In this document: positions 1 through 14,469 of the stretch, one piece after another
Position numbering within the stretch: the first letter of the stretch is position 1
How the letters are laid out: each line of letters starts with the position of its first letter
Origin: Octopus vulgaris
Lineage: Eukaryota
Length of the DNA: 64,000 nt
Direction of reading: 5' to 3'
Assembly (NCBI GenBank): GCA_951406725.2
Contig: OX597832.1
Coordinates: 27,962,001 to 28,026,000, forward strand
Made by a program: the position numbers and the translations under genes
Notes under the pieces: generated by a model
Seen by the model: only the letters and a program-made list of their open reading frames with translations
Database searches by the model: none
Told to the model about the DNA's origin: nothing

Positions 1-10
1 CACACAAAGA

Positions 11-31
11 CAGACAGACAGATAGATAGAC

Positions 32-74
<43 letters not shown>

Positions 75-132
75 GGGATGGATAGATAGATAGATAGATA
101 GAAAGATAGATAGACAGAAAGATAGATAGATG

Positions 133-178
<46 letters not shown>

Positions 179-331
179 GGGATGGATAGATAGATAGATA
201 AATAGAAAGATAGATAGACAGAAAGATAGATAGACAGAAAGATAGATAGATGGATAGATAGATAGATAGATAGATAGAGGGATGGACAGATAGATAGATA
301 GATAGAGGGATGGACAGATAGATAGATAGAC

Positions 332-370
<39 letters not shown>

Positions 371-605
371 CAGATAGATAGATAGATAGAGATGGATAGA
401 TAGATAAATAGATGGATAGATAGATTGATAGATAGATAGATAGATAGATAGAGATGGATAGATAGATAAATAGATGGATAGATAGATTGATAGATAGATA
501 GATAGATAGATAGAGATGGATAGATAGATAGATAGATAGATAGAGATGGATAGATAGATAGATAGATTAATAGATAGATAGTACATAGATGTATAGATAG
601 ATAGA
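11..605. repeat. (GATA)n tetranucleotide microsatellite with GACA/GGAT variants
   Basis: Directly visible tandem GATA units. Confidence 0.98.
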
Positions 606-1052
606 TCCCTGCTCCGCTTCTGTGCACCATCACGACTCAGTGTTAAAATCCAACAGACCTTCCATACACTCCGGAACATCATAAACGTCTTCAATATTAA
701 CATCTCTTGCAATAGACAATGTTGGGGGTGGGGGTATGGTGGATGCAGGGTGTGGTGGTACTGCCTTGTGCTTGTTGCAGGCAGTGGTGGCGAGGATGGT
801 GGTCATTGAACCAGCTTGGTGGTGGTGGTACCAGCCTAGGACAGAAGCATAGAAGGGGGGGAGGAAGAGCAGAGTAATTAAAAGGAGATGTGGTGGTGGT
901 GGTGGCGGTGGTGGCTTAACATTGTTGGGTGTTGTGTGGGTGAGGGGTGGGGCTTGGAGGGAGGCAGTTTGTTAATGACTGTTGATGTGTATGGAATGTG
1001 AGTTGGGGGTGGAGGGAAGTAAGCCCCTTATTTTTTTTATTAAAAGCCCTAG

Positions 1053-1090
<38 letters not shown>

Positions 1091-1189
1091 GTAGGGAAAA
1101 GTGCATGTGTAATTATTTGTGTGTGTGTAAGTGTATGCGTATTTGTGACTGCCTGGGAGAGGGCATGAAATGCACACGGATGTCTGTGT

Positions 1190-1209
1190 GTACATATATA
1201 TATATATAC

Positions 1210-1266
<57 letters not shown>

Positions 1267-1281
1267 TATATACTATATATA

Positions 1282-1364
<83 letters not shown>

Positions 1365-1414
1365 CTATTAATATAGGAAGAAGCTTTATATATATATATG
1401 TATATATATATATG

Positions 1415-1473
<59 letters not shown>

Positions 1474-1786
1474 ATATATGTATATATGTATGTATGTATA
1501 TATATATATGTATGTATGTATATATATATATGTATATATGTATGTATGTATATATATATATGTATATATGTATGTATGTATATATATATATGTATATATG
1601 TATGTATGTATATATATATATGTATATATGTATGTATGTATATATATATATATGTATATATGTATGTATGTATATATATATATATGTATATATGTATGTA
1701 TGTATATATGTATATATGTATGTATGTATATATATATGTATATATGTATATATATATGTATATATGTATGTATGTATGTATATATG

Positions 1787-1825
<39 letters not shown>

Positions 1826-1855
1826 ATATATATACATATGTGTATATGTATATAC
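1190..1855. repeat. (TA)n / (TATG)n compound microsatellite
   Basis: Directly visible; source of the YI/HT-rich pseudo-ORFs. Confidence 0.98.
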
Positions 1856-2289
1856 AGGGTGGGGTGCATGTATATATATTGTGTGCGCATTTCTGATCTG
1901 TGTTGGTGAGGAATGTGTGATGTGGTATGATGTGAATATTTGCATACTTATGCATGTGTATGCAACTGTGTCAGTCTGTGTGTGTGTGTAAGACCTGTAC
2001 TGATCCCCACTCCACCCCCCTCTGTAACGCAGGTGTGTAGCGGTGTTGGTGTGAGGTGTTAACTGTAGATCTGTGTCTAATTAAGATCTGTCAGTCGTTT
2101 GTCTACATCAACATGCCACACTCCACCACCACCACCACCTTATACAATAGGACATGCACACACACACACAAACACACACACACACACGCATGCACTCCAT
2201 CCTCCACTCCCCCCCCATCCCATCATCGCCCTCTTTACGCATTTGCTGTATCATCTTCTTTTATGTTGTTTTTCTACCTTTTTGTGTCT

Positions 2290-2765
2290 ATCACCATCAC
2301 CACCACCCTCACCATCACCACCACCACCACCATCCTCACCACCACCATCACTACCACCACCATCCTCACCACCATCACCACCACCACCACCACCACCACC
2401 CTCACCATCACCACCACCACCACCATCCTCACCATCACCACCACCACCACCACCCTCACCACCACCACCATCCTCACCACCACCACCATCACCACCACCA
2501 CCATCCTCACCACTATCACCATCACCACCACCACCACCACCATCCTCACCACCACAACCATCACCACCACCACCATCACCACCACCACCACCATCCTCAC
2601 CACCACCATCACCACCACCACCCTTACCACCATCAGCATTGTCACCATCAACACTACAATCACCCCGCCCAACTTTGATCACCTTCAAACACCACAGCCA
2701 CCACCACCACCACCATCTACACCAAACACCATTAAACCACCACCACCACCACGATGGCCATCACC
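2290..2765. repeat. (CAC/CAT)n trinucleotide repeat tract
   Basis: Directly visible; gives poly-T, poly-P and poly-H pseudo-ORFs in the three plus frames. Confidence 0.95.
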
Positions 2766-2968
2766 ATCAAGATGGTTGGCGGAGTGTCAGAAACAATAGA
2801 GCGCCAGACTAAATGCTTTATGGTGTTTAGTTCCATTCGTTTATGCTGTGAGTTCACATCCCACTGGGACTCACTTTACATTTCATCCCTCCTGGGGCCA
2901 ATAATCTACCAGACTGTGTCCTCTACATAACTGTAGACATAATGGGAATTTGTTCATGATGATGATGA

Positions 2969-2999
<31 letters not shown>

Positions 3000-4073
3000 T
3001 ATTATTATTATTATTATTATTGTGGTGGTGGATTTGCAAATTTGGCTGAGCTTTGAAAAACTGTTTTGTGGTATTTCTTAGAACTCTTTACTAGAGCTGT
3101 AGAGAGGATGCAATGGTTCAAATCACACAAGCCTTGCTTATCAATCACCTTTCTGGGGTGAATAAAATATAGAACCAGTCACATATTTGGGTCATTTTAA
3201 CAGACTCAAATTTCTGGTCTTTGGGTCTTGATAAAAAATTATTATTTCAAAAATGGCATCAGATCGGCAGGAATAGTGGAATTGCGGAGCAGAGTGCATA
3301 TAGGTATTGAGTTACATTCCTGATGAAGTCCTAAGAAGACTAGAAACCAGTTACATCAATTCCATATTTTTTTCTGTCCACAGAGAGATAAAACTCTCAG
3401 TTGGTATCACTTTATATTTTGCATCCTCATCATTTAGCATCCAGCTTCCATGCTGGCATCAATGAATTGGACAGTCTGGCACACTCTAATGGGTCTGAAG
3501 ACTGCTTCATGCTCCAGTGTCTGCTTTGGCATGGTTTCTACACCAGGATGTCTTTCTTAGTGCCAACCACTTCACAGAGTGTATAGGGTGCTTTGTTGTG
3601 TATAAAATTGTGTTTACTGAAAAGAAAATGTTATCTTACATTTCAAATTATCCAAAAACACTGGTAGTGTATGAATAATGAATTCAGTCCATATTGCCAG
3701 GGGCTGCACTGTGATGCAAATTAGGCAAACCAATCTAGTTGAGTCATGGTTTGTACACAGAGTTGGTAGCCAGAACTCAACAACCTTGGAAAGCAGCCAG
3801 GCTAGGAGAAGAGCAAGTTATTACAGGTTGCAAGCATCACCCTCTTTACTATGTACGAGTACCTACAAAGCAACGAAGACCGAGGTGCCAAGCTCCAGTG
3901 TTCATCTGTAAGAGAGCACAAACAACAATAAATGGATACTAATCACGAGTGTCTCTCAGAATCCCCCAGGTTTGGCATAGGGAAATTTTCAGTCATCCAT
4001 TGTATAGCCACATAGCCGTAAGTATGTAGCTGCATCCTGTATATAGCTTTAAGTTACTTTCTGTGTGGATTAA

Positions 4074-4294
4074 CCCTTTAGCATTCGTATTATTCTGCCA
4101 AAATTAATCCTATTTTATCCACATAGCTTTGAACTAATCATGCATTACCTTGTAGCTATGAGAATATGATGAGGTAGCTGTTAATTTTTAAAACGGTATT
4201 GTAGGGTTAGTGTGAGAGACCAGATCTGGCCTGTTTGAACGTAAAACAGGCAGAATACTTCTGGCCGGATATAGCCGGTTTAAATGCTAAAGGG
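4074..4294. mobile_element. piggyBac-type MITE, intact ends
   Basis: TTAA target duplication (4070-4073, 4295-4298) flanking TIRs CCCTTTAGCATT / AATGCTAAAGGG; TTAA plus CCC termini are the piggyBac signature. Confidence 0.88.
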
Positions 4295-5382
4295 TTAAAC
4301 AGTTGGGTGTCTTTTCTTTTCGCTGATGAGGGTTTAACACATCCTGAAACCAGTCAGATTGATCTCCCCTTCTTCTGTCCTCAAAGAAATATAAAAACCC
4401 GGGGTGTAAGCACTTTGTTTACAGTTTACAGCAACCATAAAACTATGTTTTCCAATAAATAAATATACATTTCGAGTGTGTATGTATATGTGTTTGTTTA
4501 TGCATATATACAGATATACACTATGACACATGTATACATGCATATATATACACACACATATACATATATGTATGCACACACACGTGTGTGTTTGAGGTGG
4601 TGTTGGGTGGAGTCTTTGACAAAATATGTCAATGGTCTGCAGTTTAGTACAGTGCAGACTTATACCATGACTGCTACTGCTGCTCCTGCTGCTATCTAAA
4701 TAGTCTCTCCTCTTCTAGAACTTTCCTGCCTGCCTATTTTTATCTCGGGTTATTTTTAGTTCATTTTTTTTTTAAAAAACATTTTTGTCTTTTTTCTTTA
4801 TTTTTTTTTTGTTTGTGTCTTTCTTTGTCCTGTTTATGTATATACACACTCGTACGTATATATACACATATATACATATACATACGCACGTACATAATAT
4901 AGGAGTGTGTGTGTGTGTTGATTAGTGCAACACTCAAAACTCTCACATTTTGAGTCAGACTATTATACACACACACTCACTGATTCGGACTATGATGACC
5001 CCTTCAAGCCATACTACAATAGAAAGTTGTGGAAATAAAGTAACATTTCTTTATCCACCCCGCCCTCTTTCCCTCCCTCCCTCCCCCTCTCCCCCCTCTC
5101 CCTATATATACTAACACACTCATATATACAAACAGAATATATATATATATATGTCAATTTTACGTGTTTGTATGTCTGTTATGTAAAGTCTATATAAAGG
5201 CCTTAATCTATGGGATTAGGGCTTTATGGCAAATTAGAAGTTGATGGGGGTTAGTAAGGTTTAGATGTGTGAAGATTGAACAAGGCCCTGATGGCATGAA
5301 TGAAAAACATTTTCAGCTGATGCTGGTTGAGGGAGGGCGGGTGCGGGTGGAGAGGAGCAAGGTGTATCTTAACAATGTCGCA

Positions 5383-5562
5383 TGGTGGTTCTCAAGGTTT
5401 TTAATATCCAGGTCAAATCTTAAAACCTGAATTTCTTTAGGGCCCACACCTAAAAAAAAAAAAAAGTAAAAAAAAACAATTAAAGAAAAATGTGTTACAT
5501 TTATAAAGGGAAGACTGTCAGGGTTACCTGAAGGATGCTAGGGGCCCCCCCCGCGGTTGAGT
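5383..5562. mobile_element. degraded hAT-like MITE
   Basis: Ends resemble CAGTGGTTCTCAAC...GGTTGAGAACCACTG-type TIRs (tggtggttctcaa / gcggttgag); a similar right end lies at about 53005-53019. Confidence 0.35.
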
Positions 5563-5865
5563 TGTGGGGGGGGGTAGTATCGATAGGGTGGGGTTTTTTT
5601 TTGCCAGGAGATGAGAGGTTGAAGTATGATAGGGGACAGAAACAAGTGTCTTGCTGTAGACAAGATACATGGTTACACTTGTTGGAAATGGGGGGGGGGA
5701 ATATGGTGAAGGGGTGTCAAGAGATACCAGGGTTGAACAGGGTGGGTAAAATTAATTTGATAAATAAATTAGACAAAAGGTAACTATTTAGTTTGTGTGT
5801 TGCTGAAAATATGGTAAGGTCGGGTTGAGGTTTCTATCCTGTGTATTACTGGAATTAATCTGGAA

Positions 5866-6287
5866 TTAATCCTTGATTATCTCATAGCTTTGAAGTTTTG
5901 ATGATGTGATTGTTTTTATTTTTGGAATGACATTGTAGCATGGGTGTGAGAGGCTGGATCTGGCTATTTTGAATATATATTTCTTTATTGCCCACAGGGG
6001 GGCTAAACATAGAGGGGACAAACAAGGACAGACAAAGGGATTAAGTCGATTACATCGACCCCAGTGCGAAACTGGTACTTTATTTATTGACCCTGAAAGG
6101 ATGAAAGGCAAAGTCGACCTCGGCGGAATTTGAACTCAGAACGTAACGACAGACGAAATACCTTTTTCTTTACGAAATACCGCTAAGCATTTCGCCTGGC
6201 ATGCTAACGAGTCTGCCAGCTCGCCACCTTATGGCTATTTTGAATATAAACTGGGTAGAATATTTGAGCTTGATATGGTGGGTTTAA
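5866..6287 (+). mobile_element. decayed copy of the piggyBac MITE, interrupted by a SINE
   Basis: Internal sequence (gtgtgagaggctggatctggc...gaatatttg...ggtttaa) aligns by eye with 4130-4283. Confidence 0.55.
5978..6230 (-). mobile_element. tRNA-derived SINE with Nin/Deu-like domain, full length
   Basis: Pol III head (B box GAGTTCAAATTCC), domain GCCTTTCATCCTTTCAGGGTCAATAAATAAAGTACCAG; 17-bp TSD TGGCTATTTTGAATATA at 5961-5977 and 6232-6248. Confidence 0.88.
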
Positions 6288-7963
6288 GGTTTTGGTTTAG
6301 AGGGGATTCCTAAAATGGTGAGGTGAAGACTAATAAGTCAGAATGATTCAACTGAAAGAAGGAAAGTTTTTTTTTCTAAAAAAAGACAATAAGTAATTAA
6401 ACGAGTGGAACTTTGAAGTTACAGTCTTCCGTTTCCTAAACATTAAGAATTGTCCGTTTAGAGTCAGAACATCATTATGTCTTTCATGTTTGTAATCTTG
6501 AGAATTTACACTCTCTCTCTCTCACTCACACACACACACACACACAAATACACAAAACATTCAGAACAGTTTCTATATTGTGACTACAAATTCTCGTGAT
6601 TAGCAACTCGAGTCGTTCCATCTTTGGCAAAAATTTTTTGGGTGGAATTCCTTGCTTCAAATTCTCAGCACTTGATTTTCTCCGGGAGCCCATATTATGT
6701 GTCCGTGTTCGTGTGTCTGTGTGTGTGGTAAGGGTTGTATGGTGGGGTTTCAGTGTGACAGAATGTGGTGGTAGTGGTAGTGGTGGTGAATTGGTGGTGT
6801 TTTATCCAAAAACCCTTCAGATCCAGTCGAACTCTGATTGAAAGTGCCTTGTCTTCCTTTGTAGCTACGACCTACATTATCTTAATTGTTCCACATTTTT
6901 TAAGAACCGTATTGTGTTATGTCAAAGGAATTCAACTGTTATTTCTAGCATTTTGTGTAAACATGCAAACATTCCTTTACTAATCCGAGGGACTTGGCGG
7001 CGATGGTGTGGGGGACCATGCTGTAATGTATTGGTGGTGGTGGTGCTGGTGGTATGATTAACGTATGATATAGTGTTGATTGTAGTGACTAGTGATGGGT
7101 CATGGTATTGGTATGAATGTTGAGTGTGATGGTATAGGTGGTGGTGGTGGTAGTGTTACTTGTAGAGGGCTGTATTGGTGGTGGTGGTGGTGTTACTTGT
7201 AGAGGGCTGTATTGGTGGTGGTGGTGGTGGTATAGCTGCCGCTGCTATGAAATATGAAACATAACACATGAAGCAGCATTGTCAGGTTTCATGATACCGG
7301 TAATCTAATTAGGTTCACTGAGAAGCTAAATATGTCTTGAACTGTCTTAAATTCACTCCAACCCCTGCCCACCACCACCACCACCACCTTGACCCAGCCG
7401 CCTCCATTATCATGGTTTCTTACCCTCCACCTCTTCCACCTCCCCCTTCATTACTCAGGAATTGGCAGGACAGAACTCACTCAACCTTACTTGCTCTCTC
7501 TCTCTCTCTCTCTCTCTCCTTCCCTCCATGCTCTGTTGACCATTTCTATGACCTCACCAACACACACACACACACACACTCCCTTGTCTCCTCCCGCTCT
7601 CTCTCTCTCCCAGGAATCTATCCCATACTCTTATAGACTTGTCCCATTGCCAAATACCAGAATGGACCTGCCATCTTAGCAGCAGCAAAGACGGCGGCAA
7701 CATTGGTTACCTCCAAGATGTTATTACATTATATTCCACATACTCTAGATACAAAAACGATGATGGTGGTGGTGGTGATGATGATGATGATGACGATGAT
7801 GAGGTGTGGGTGTGCGGAGAGAAGTTTCCTTCCCAATCACACTGTTACGGGTTCATTCCCACTGCCTGGCACCTTGGGCAGTCTTCTGCCAGAATCCCAG
7901 GATGATCAAAGCCTAATGAATAGATTTGGTAGACAGAAAGTGAAAGTAACCTGTTATATGTTT

Positions 7964-7998
<35 letters not shown>

Positions 7999-8020
7999 CT
8001 CCTTCTGGTCTTTCAAAATG

Positions 8021-8222
8021 TGACCTCGTGTGTACCATTGGCGATTTTTTTTTTTTTTCCCTCTGTCTTACCTTCTCTGGATCTTTTATTCTCCTATGTT
8101 TCCGACGAAGAGCTCCGCTCGAAATGTTAAACCCTCCTTCTTCTTTCCTGAGCGTCCAATAATACTATATTTGTTCCACGTCCTCGCGTTGTTTTTTTGA
8201 GCTTTCTTGTTTGGATTAACTT
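8021..8222 (+). mobile_element. short Penelope-like repeat carrying a variant hammerhead motif (8098-8132)
   Basis: Near-identical to 11359-11570 and 21575-21707; motif GTTT-CCGACGA-A-GAGC tcc GCTC-GAAAT-GTT-AAAC; ends in (TA)n. Confidence 0.65.
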
Positions 8223-8766
8223 TATATATATATATGTGTGTGTTGTGTGTGTGTGTGTGTGTGTGTGTCTGGTAAGTTCACCATCATTAATTCTTTTCTT
8301 CTATAAAGTATTTAACTATTAATGGTGAGATACTATGGGTATATTTTCTCAGTAAACATTCCTCACGGCGAACTTCCTTTACAGTGAATTGATGGCAATG
8401 AACCTACCTGTAATCATGTGTGTGTGAGAGAGACAGAGAGAGAAAGAAAGAAGACGAGAGAGAGAAATAGAGACTGTCTCGTTGCTTTGATATTGTGTGA
8501 TGGTTTTTAAAGTGAGTGTTACCATCATGCTAGTGGTACCCTTTATTCATCTGTGGAAACCTGTCTGGTCGAGGGGAGGAAACAGGTGAAGGTTGGTGAT
8601 AGGAAGGGCATCCAGCTGTAGAAAATCTGTCTTGCCAAGCTTACATCCGACTCATGCAAGCATGGAAAAGTAGATGTGAAAAGGTTGGACAGTGAACGGG
8701 CAATTTGGATACTAGTGTTGTCTCAGGAATAGAGAAGAAGGTGTGCGCACACACCCGCACACACAC

Positions 8767-8809
<43 letters not shown>

Positions 8810-9530
8810 CACAAGTTCATGCATACCCGCACACACATGCACACACGCATGCACACATATCTGTGGTTGTCCATTGAATCCAATGTTGACCATTTTCTCC
8901 TATATTTCTGGACCCTTCGACACACCAGGGAGGGAAACCAGGTGCTACATGTCTGTTCCTTAGTTTTCCCTGACAACGCTGAGTGTTTGTTTCTCTTCCC
9001 TGCCATCTTCAATCCCTCACCAACAACAACAACAACACACACACACACGTGTTCTTTCACTCTAGGCTTTTCTACATCCTTGTCAGTTCTAGCTTTCATT
9101 ATATCTAATCCCTTATCTTGTTCTGCCTCTCTCATAGTATGCGTGCATGCGTTGGTTCATTTTAATGTCTGTTTTTCCATGTTTGCATGCATCAGGATGG
9201 AAGCACTCTACACTCATCATACCAATCCACACACACACACACACACACATTCCTTTCTTTATCTCTTTTGCACTGCATTTATCACACCTGCATAAACTCA
9301 TTCCTTCCCTCCCTCCCCCTCTTACATATCCCTACACACACACATGCATACATATACACATGCATACATTCATACGTACACCTACATGAATATGCATACA
9401 TATATACACACACACATACATGCTTATGTAAATTGCAGATAAACATTCCTACAAACACACATAGACACAAACAAACACACACACACACACACGCATCCGG
9501 GGCCTTGGTATATCTCCTGAGACCACATAC

Positions 9531-9701
9531 CTGCTCCTGGAAAATTCCTCTCTCAGGTGCAGCTTTAGCAAAGGTATTTTTGTTTGTGTAACACCACCAG
9601 TTACCCGTGCAGCAAGTCTCTTCTCTCTCCTTTGATGTTGTCAAAGAAAATGGCAACGACTGACAGATTTTGGCACCGGTGTCATTTAAAGGTGTTGCCA
9701 T
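9531..9701 (-). CDS. candidate alternative first coding exon (57 aa MATPLNDTG...GIFQEQ), product unknown
   Basis: ATG-initiated open frame in unique sequence ending at consensus donor CAG|GTATGT, phase 0; no recognisable domain. Confidence 0.3.
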
Positions 9702-10869
9702 CAGGATGCTGGGAATTGGAACAGATGAGGAACCACCAAAAAAAAAGGAGGAGGCGTCGTGGCAGCAGCCGTTGGAACCACATCGAATCTGTCGTTTTGG
9801 AATCGCATTTTGTTTATCGATGCCATAAAGATAAAGAACGTAAAGTCAGCCTCACTGGGACATGAGCCGAGAGTATTAAGAACTGGATCAAATACCACAA
9901 GGCACTTTACCCTCCTCCCCGTTCCTGCTCCATGTCTCTAGAAAGACAAACAGACAGACGTACGTGGTAGACGTCGTCTCAAGTGTAATAAGTGCATTCG
10001 ATGTGATGGAGTTGGCTGGAGGAGAAGATGGAGAAGAAGGAGAGAAGGAGAGCTAGAAGCTGCTCTCCCTTCATATCCTCTCTCTCCTCTTTCTTCCTTT
10101 GCCATGCTCGCATGCACGTGCAGGCGCACACACAGATGCACATGCACATTCCAGCGTTTAGCTACCCCTGCTGCTAATTGTAACCATTCATACAGTTTCT
10201 GTGAATGAACCTCCCTCTCCCCCACCTCTCTCTCTCACACACCCTCTATCCTCCGTTCAATCTCTACTACTACTACCACTACTTCTACTACTACTACCAC
10301 TACTACCACTACTACTACTGCTACTACTAGCGGCAGTGGTGGTGGTGGTAGCAATTGTCCCCTTTTCCTTCTCTTTCTCATTGAACTCTTTGCTTGATGC
10401 CACAACGTCATGACAACCACCACCACTAGCACCACCTCCTACACAATCACCAATACTGCAAAACCACTCCTAGCACGAACACCGGCACCGACACCACTGC
10501 CACTACTACTACTACAGAAACTGCTGCTGCTGCTGCTGCTGCTTTGGAACTTGGCAATGAAGAGAGCCACTATGTGGTTGCTTGAACTACTAGACATAGC
10601 AAGCAATTATCTTTTAAATCCCATTCTATCGTCTTCAGAAAGGAAGGACACGTTGGACTGATATAAAGATATAAAGTCACTGATATAAAGAAGTAGCAGT
10701 CATGGCTGGAATGCCTTTGATTGCATATTTGCTTGATCAGTTGCTGGCCTGGGGCTAAACAGCATCTCCACCACCATCTTCACCACCACCACCACACTTC
10801 TCTTTCGTGTCTATCTTGTGACTAACAAATCATTTTCATGTCTTCTCTTTCTCTCCCTCTTTCTCTCCC

Positions 10870-10905
<36 letters not shown>

Positions 10906-11358
10906 ACCTCTCAAGGTCCCTCTCTTCCTTTTCTCTTTCCCCCTCTTTGTCTGTCTTCCCAATCTTTCTCAAAGTTGTTCCAGCTGTGACCATCACATCC
11001 CTTATTCAAACATAAGTGTATCTAGGACTACCTTCTCTAGTTTGTTCTCCCTCCTCGTTGAGTCCCCTGCCCATTCCTGATCCAGCAGACCTTCGATAAA
11101 AGTTGTTCCAGCTGTGACCACCCTGTCTTTATTCAAACAAAATGTATGTAGGACAACATTATGTTCTTAGAGTTGCTGTTGTGAGTCAGCCCCTGATCCT
11201 CCACATGACCGCTGGACGAGAGACTGTCCTGAGATGAGATAAAATAAGGAGGGACACATTAGAATATATAGCCCTAGATATACTGTGTCAGAAAAAGAGT
11301 CTTGGCTGTGACCATATATGTTGGAAGCAGTAACACACAAACACAGATATATATATAT

Positions 11359-11570
11359 GTGACCGCGTGTGTACCGTTGGCGATTTTTTTTTTTCCCTCC
11401 GTCTACCCTTCTCTGGATCTTTCCTTTTCCTATGTTTCTGACGAAGAGCTCCACTCGAAACGTAAAACCCTCCTTCTTCCCTTCCTTCCTGAGCATCCAA
11501 TAATACTATATTTGTTCCACGTCCTCGCGTTGTTGTGTTTTTTTTGTGCTTTCTTGTTTGGATTAACTAT
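11359..11570 (+). mobile_element. short Penelope-like repeat embedded in (TA)n
   Basis: About 210 bp, (TA)n on both sides, homologous to 8021-8222, contains a hammerhead motif. Confidence 0.7.
11434..11468 (+). ncRNA. minimal type I hammerhead ribozyme motif
   Basis: Stem I GTTT/AAAC, core CTGACGA, extra A, stem II GAG/CTC, GAAAC, GTA cleavage triplet, palindromic ACGT helix III as in Penelope-type minimal hammerheads. Confidence 0.65.
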
Positions 11571-11583
11571 ATATATATATATT

Positions 11584-11847
11584 GCCTCGTCTGGCCCCCG
11601 TGCCAGTGGCACGTAAAAAGCACCATCCGATCGTGGCCGTTTGCCAGCCTCGTCTGGTACCTGTGCAGGTTGCACATAAAAAGCACCCACTACACTCACA
11701 GAGTGGTTGGCGTTAGGAAGGGCATCCAGCTGTAGAAACACTGCCAGATCAGACTGGGCCTGGCGCAGCCTCCTGGCTTCCCAGACTCCAGTTGAACCGT
11801 CCAACCCATGCTAGCATGGAAAACGGACATTAAACGATGATGATGAT
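11584..11847 (+). mobile_element. (GAT)n-tailed modular repeat (family C)
   Basis: GGCACGTAAAAAGCACC subunits, GTTAGGAAGGGCATCCAGCTGTAGAAAC core, CATGCTAGCATGGAAA...TTAAACGATGATGAT tail; more than 10 copies in the window. Confidence 0.8.
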
Positions 11848-11871
11848 ATATATATATATACTGTGGGTTTC

Positions 11872-12025
11872 TTTTAGTTTCTGTCTACCAAATCTGCTCA
11901 CAAGGTTTTGGTCAAAATGGAGCTATAGTAGAAAGCACATGCCCAAGGTGCCATGCAGATGCAGTGAGGTTGAACCTGGAACAACATGGTTGGAAAGCCA
12001 ACTTCTCACCCATACTACACAGCCA
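11872..12025 (-). mobile_element. decayed CORE-type SINE, 5' part
   Basis: Aligns by eye with 28555-28704. Confidence 0.7.
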
Positions 12026-12837
12026 CACCTGTTCCCTTTATGACCAATAATATCAAGGCATCAGTCCAGGTTGATGGCATGGTTGGTGTGCCAGGTAGGA
12101 TATCTTATTGTATCTCTGCCAACTCTTTAAATTCGGACAACAACACTTGTGACCACATCTTAAGATGTCAGTCTTTTGCAGACACAACTTCAGCGACATT
12201 AAGAGATGGTGGGTGACTTGTATGGACACCGTCCTGTCTTCTCTGTAGCAATACCTTGCTAGACTTGCAATGCAAATTTGTGGTCAACTTCAACCAATGA
12301 ATACCGAACTTGATTCTACAATATGTCTAACTAAAAGGTTAACATGGATCTGAGAATAAAATTGGTAGAAAAAAGAGGTAAAAGACAAATTGGTGTGAGG
12401 TGAGTCTTTGAGGTTCTCTGCAGAGATCTTTTTTTTTTTTTTTGAAGAAATCATCATTAGGATCCGCTTTTGAACAAAGATCTTTCTTTTGGCTTTTTTT
12501 GTTGTTTTTTTTTTCCTTTGTTGTCTTACATTTCTTGTTCTTTGTAGAAAGGTTCTTTGTTGAGACTGAATTCTTCACAGCAGACAACTTCTCCTCTCAA
12601 AGAAAACAGAATCCACTTTAAAGCATCCAAACTTGACTTTTTTTCTTTTAACAAATTTCATGAAGTTTTTTTGTCTTTGCTGACCACTGCCACCACCACC
12701 ACCGCCACCACCACCGTCACCACCTTCACTGTCTGTCTATCTACCTGCTTGCCTTCCTGGCTTTCTGTCTGTCTCCCTCTCTCTTTCTCTCTCCTTCTCT
12801 ATTTGTCTATCCCTCTCTCTGTTTGCCTATCCATTTA

Positions 12838-12874
<37 letters not shown>

Positions 12875-14469
12875 GTATTCATAGAAATACTTAGAGAGGG
12901 AGGTTGGAGAGGGAGTCGACACTCCCGCCGCCGCCTTCCCCATCTCTGTACTTTGGTGAAAGTGTTTCTTGTCTGCTACAGGAAAGGTTGGTTTCCGTTG
13001 AAGTGAAGGAAACTTGGAGTCTGGAATGAAGAGGTTTGTCTTTTATGGAGAAGATGGTGTCTGGCAGTGGTGATGGTAGAGGTGGGTGGGGGTGGGGGTG
13101 GAGGGAGATAAAAAAAAATGGGTGGAGGAATGAGAGAGAGAGAGACAGGGAGGGAGAGGGAGAGAGGGAGAGGAAGACAGAGATAAGAAGTGTGAGAGAA
13201 TAGCAGACAGAAAGGAGAGAGAGAGTATAAAAGTGGGGGTAGGGGTGTTGTAAAAATCAGGTTTTTTTTTTTTTTTTGGTTTGTTTTAATTTTTTTTTTT
13301 CCGTGTGTCTGTCTGTCTGACTGTCTGTCTGTGTGTCTGTGAATTGTTTTCATGGAGTTTTGTTATTTGAGTGAAAAGAAGAGGAGGGAAATGTTTTTAT
13401 CATCACAGCATCAACACATTACAATTGTTCGTCATCACCACCACCGTCATCATCATCATCATCATCATCATCATAACAATTGGCACACCATTCCTGTCAT
13501 CGACATCATCATCATCATCAATGAAAACAACAATTGCTATATCATCATCATCATCATCATCATCATTGAATATAACAATTGTCATCATCATCATCATCAC
13601 CACCACCAACACAAGGGCATCAACACCACATTGCCACCACCACTACCACCACCACCACCACGATATAAAGTTGGGTGGTTTCCACTGTAGTCTGTACAGT
13701 TTTATTATCTAAACCAGATGGATAAATGAAATTGTGTTGGATTAGCTCCAAAGGAAAGAGTGTTCTCACCCAGTATATTACTGGTACCTTGTGGGTCCAT
13801 CATTAGAGGGAGAGAAAGAGAAGACCAGCAAAAATTCATGTCACATGAGATTTGCCATGAACAGGTTGTGGTGGGGGGTGTTTGATGCTTTTCTTGTTTG
13901 ACTGGTTTGGACTGTGGCCAAACTGGAGCACCACTGGCTTCAATTATTTAAATTACATCTACCTCATATACTGAATCTGGTACATAGTATATTGATCTCT
14001 ATTTCATGAGTAACTAAGTCAGTTGTACTTTTTCTTCCTTAAAGGAAAGTAACTTAATGCATGTGAGCACACACACACACACACACACACACATGCTGAG
14101 ACTGAATTCTGGCTTGAATTTGGCACAACTTATATCTTACTACACTCTGTATTGAGTACTTTCTCTTTCTCCAATTTCATTTACAAAGTTTGGCATGCAC
14201 ACATGTACATACATACATGTGCGTGCACACACACATGCACACACACACACACATTTATTGAGGTAGGAAGCCTGACACACCATGTTGTATTGATCTCATT
14301 CTGTCTGTCCTCAGCCCACGCTTTATTCCTTCTCCTCAAGGAATCGTGTGTGATGAACGCATAATTGACCAAAGGCAGGAAGATGTTCTCTGATGATGAA
14401 AATACAACAGGGATCAGATATTCACATTCAAATCCACCCAAACACAATTAGGAATGGATAGATAAAATT

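Noticed and set aside
916-2812. Long YI/HT/poly-T/P/H ORFs (also 16550-17992, 18980-19845, 34812-35377, 43493-44901, 45900-46520)
   Set aside because: Stop-free translations of di- and trinucleotide microsatellites, open in several frames and both strands; no coding evidence
3320-3353. CTGATGA-AGTC..GACT-A-GAAACCAGTT hammerhead-like string
   Set aside because: Extra base before GAAA, non-palindromic helix III and no convincing stem I
3720-4000. Possible RTE-LINE 5' region (GCAGCCAGGCTAGGAGAAG)
   Set aside because: Only a short recalled motif; no protein remnant
8861-9006. Minus-strand ORF MAGKRNKH...MDNHR ending at CAG|ATATGT, which A-to-I editing could turn into a GT donor
   Set aside because: Genomic site is not GT, does not match the U12 ATATCC consensus, is phase 2 unlike the other candidates, and the peptide is unrecognisable
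12256-12350. Minus-strand segment with a good acceptor and AAG|GTATTG donor
   Set aside because: Stops in all three frames and a weak donor; cannot be distinguished from a pseudo-exon
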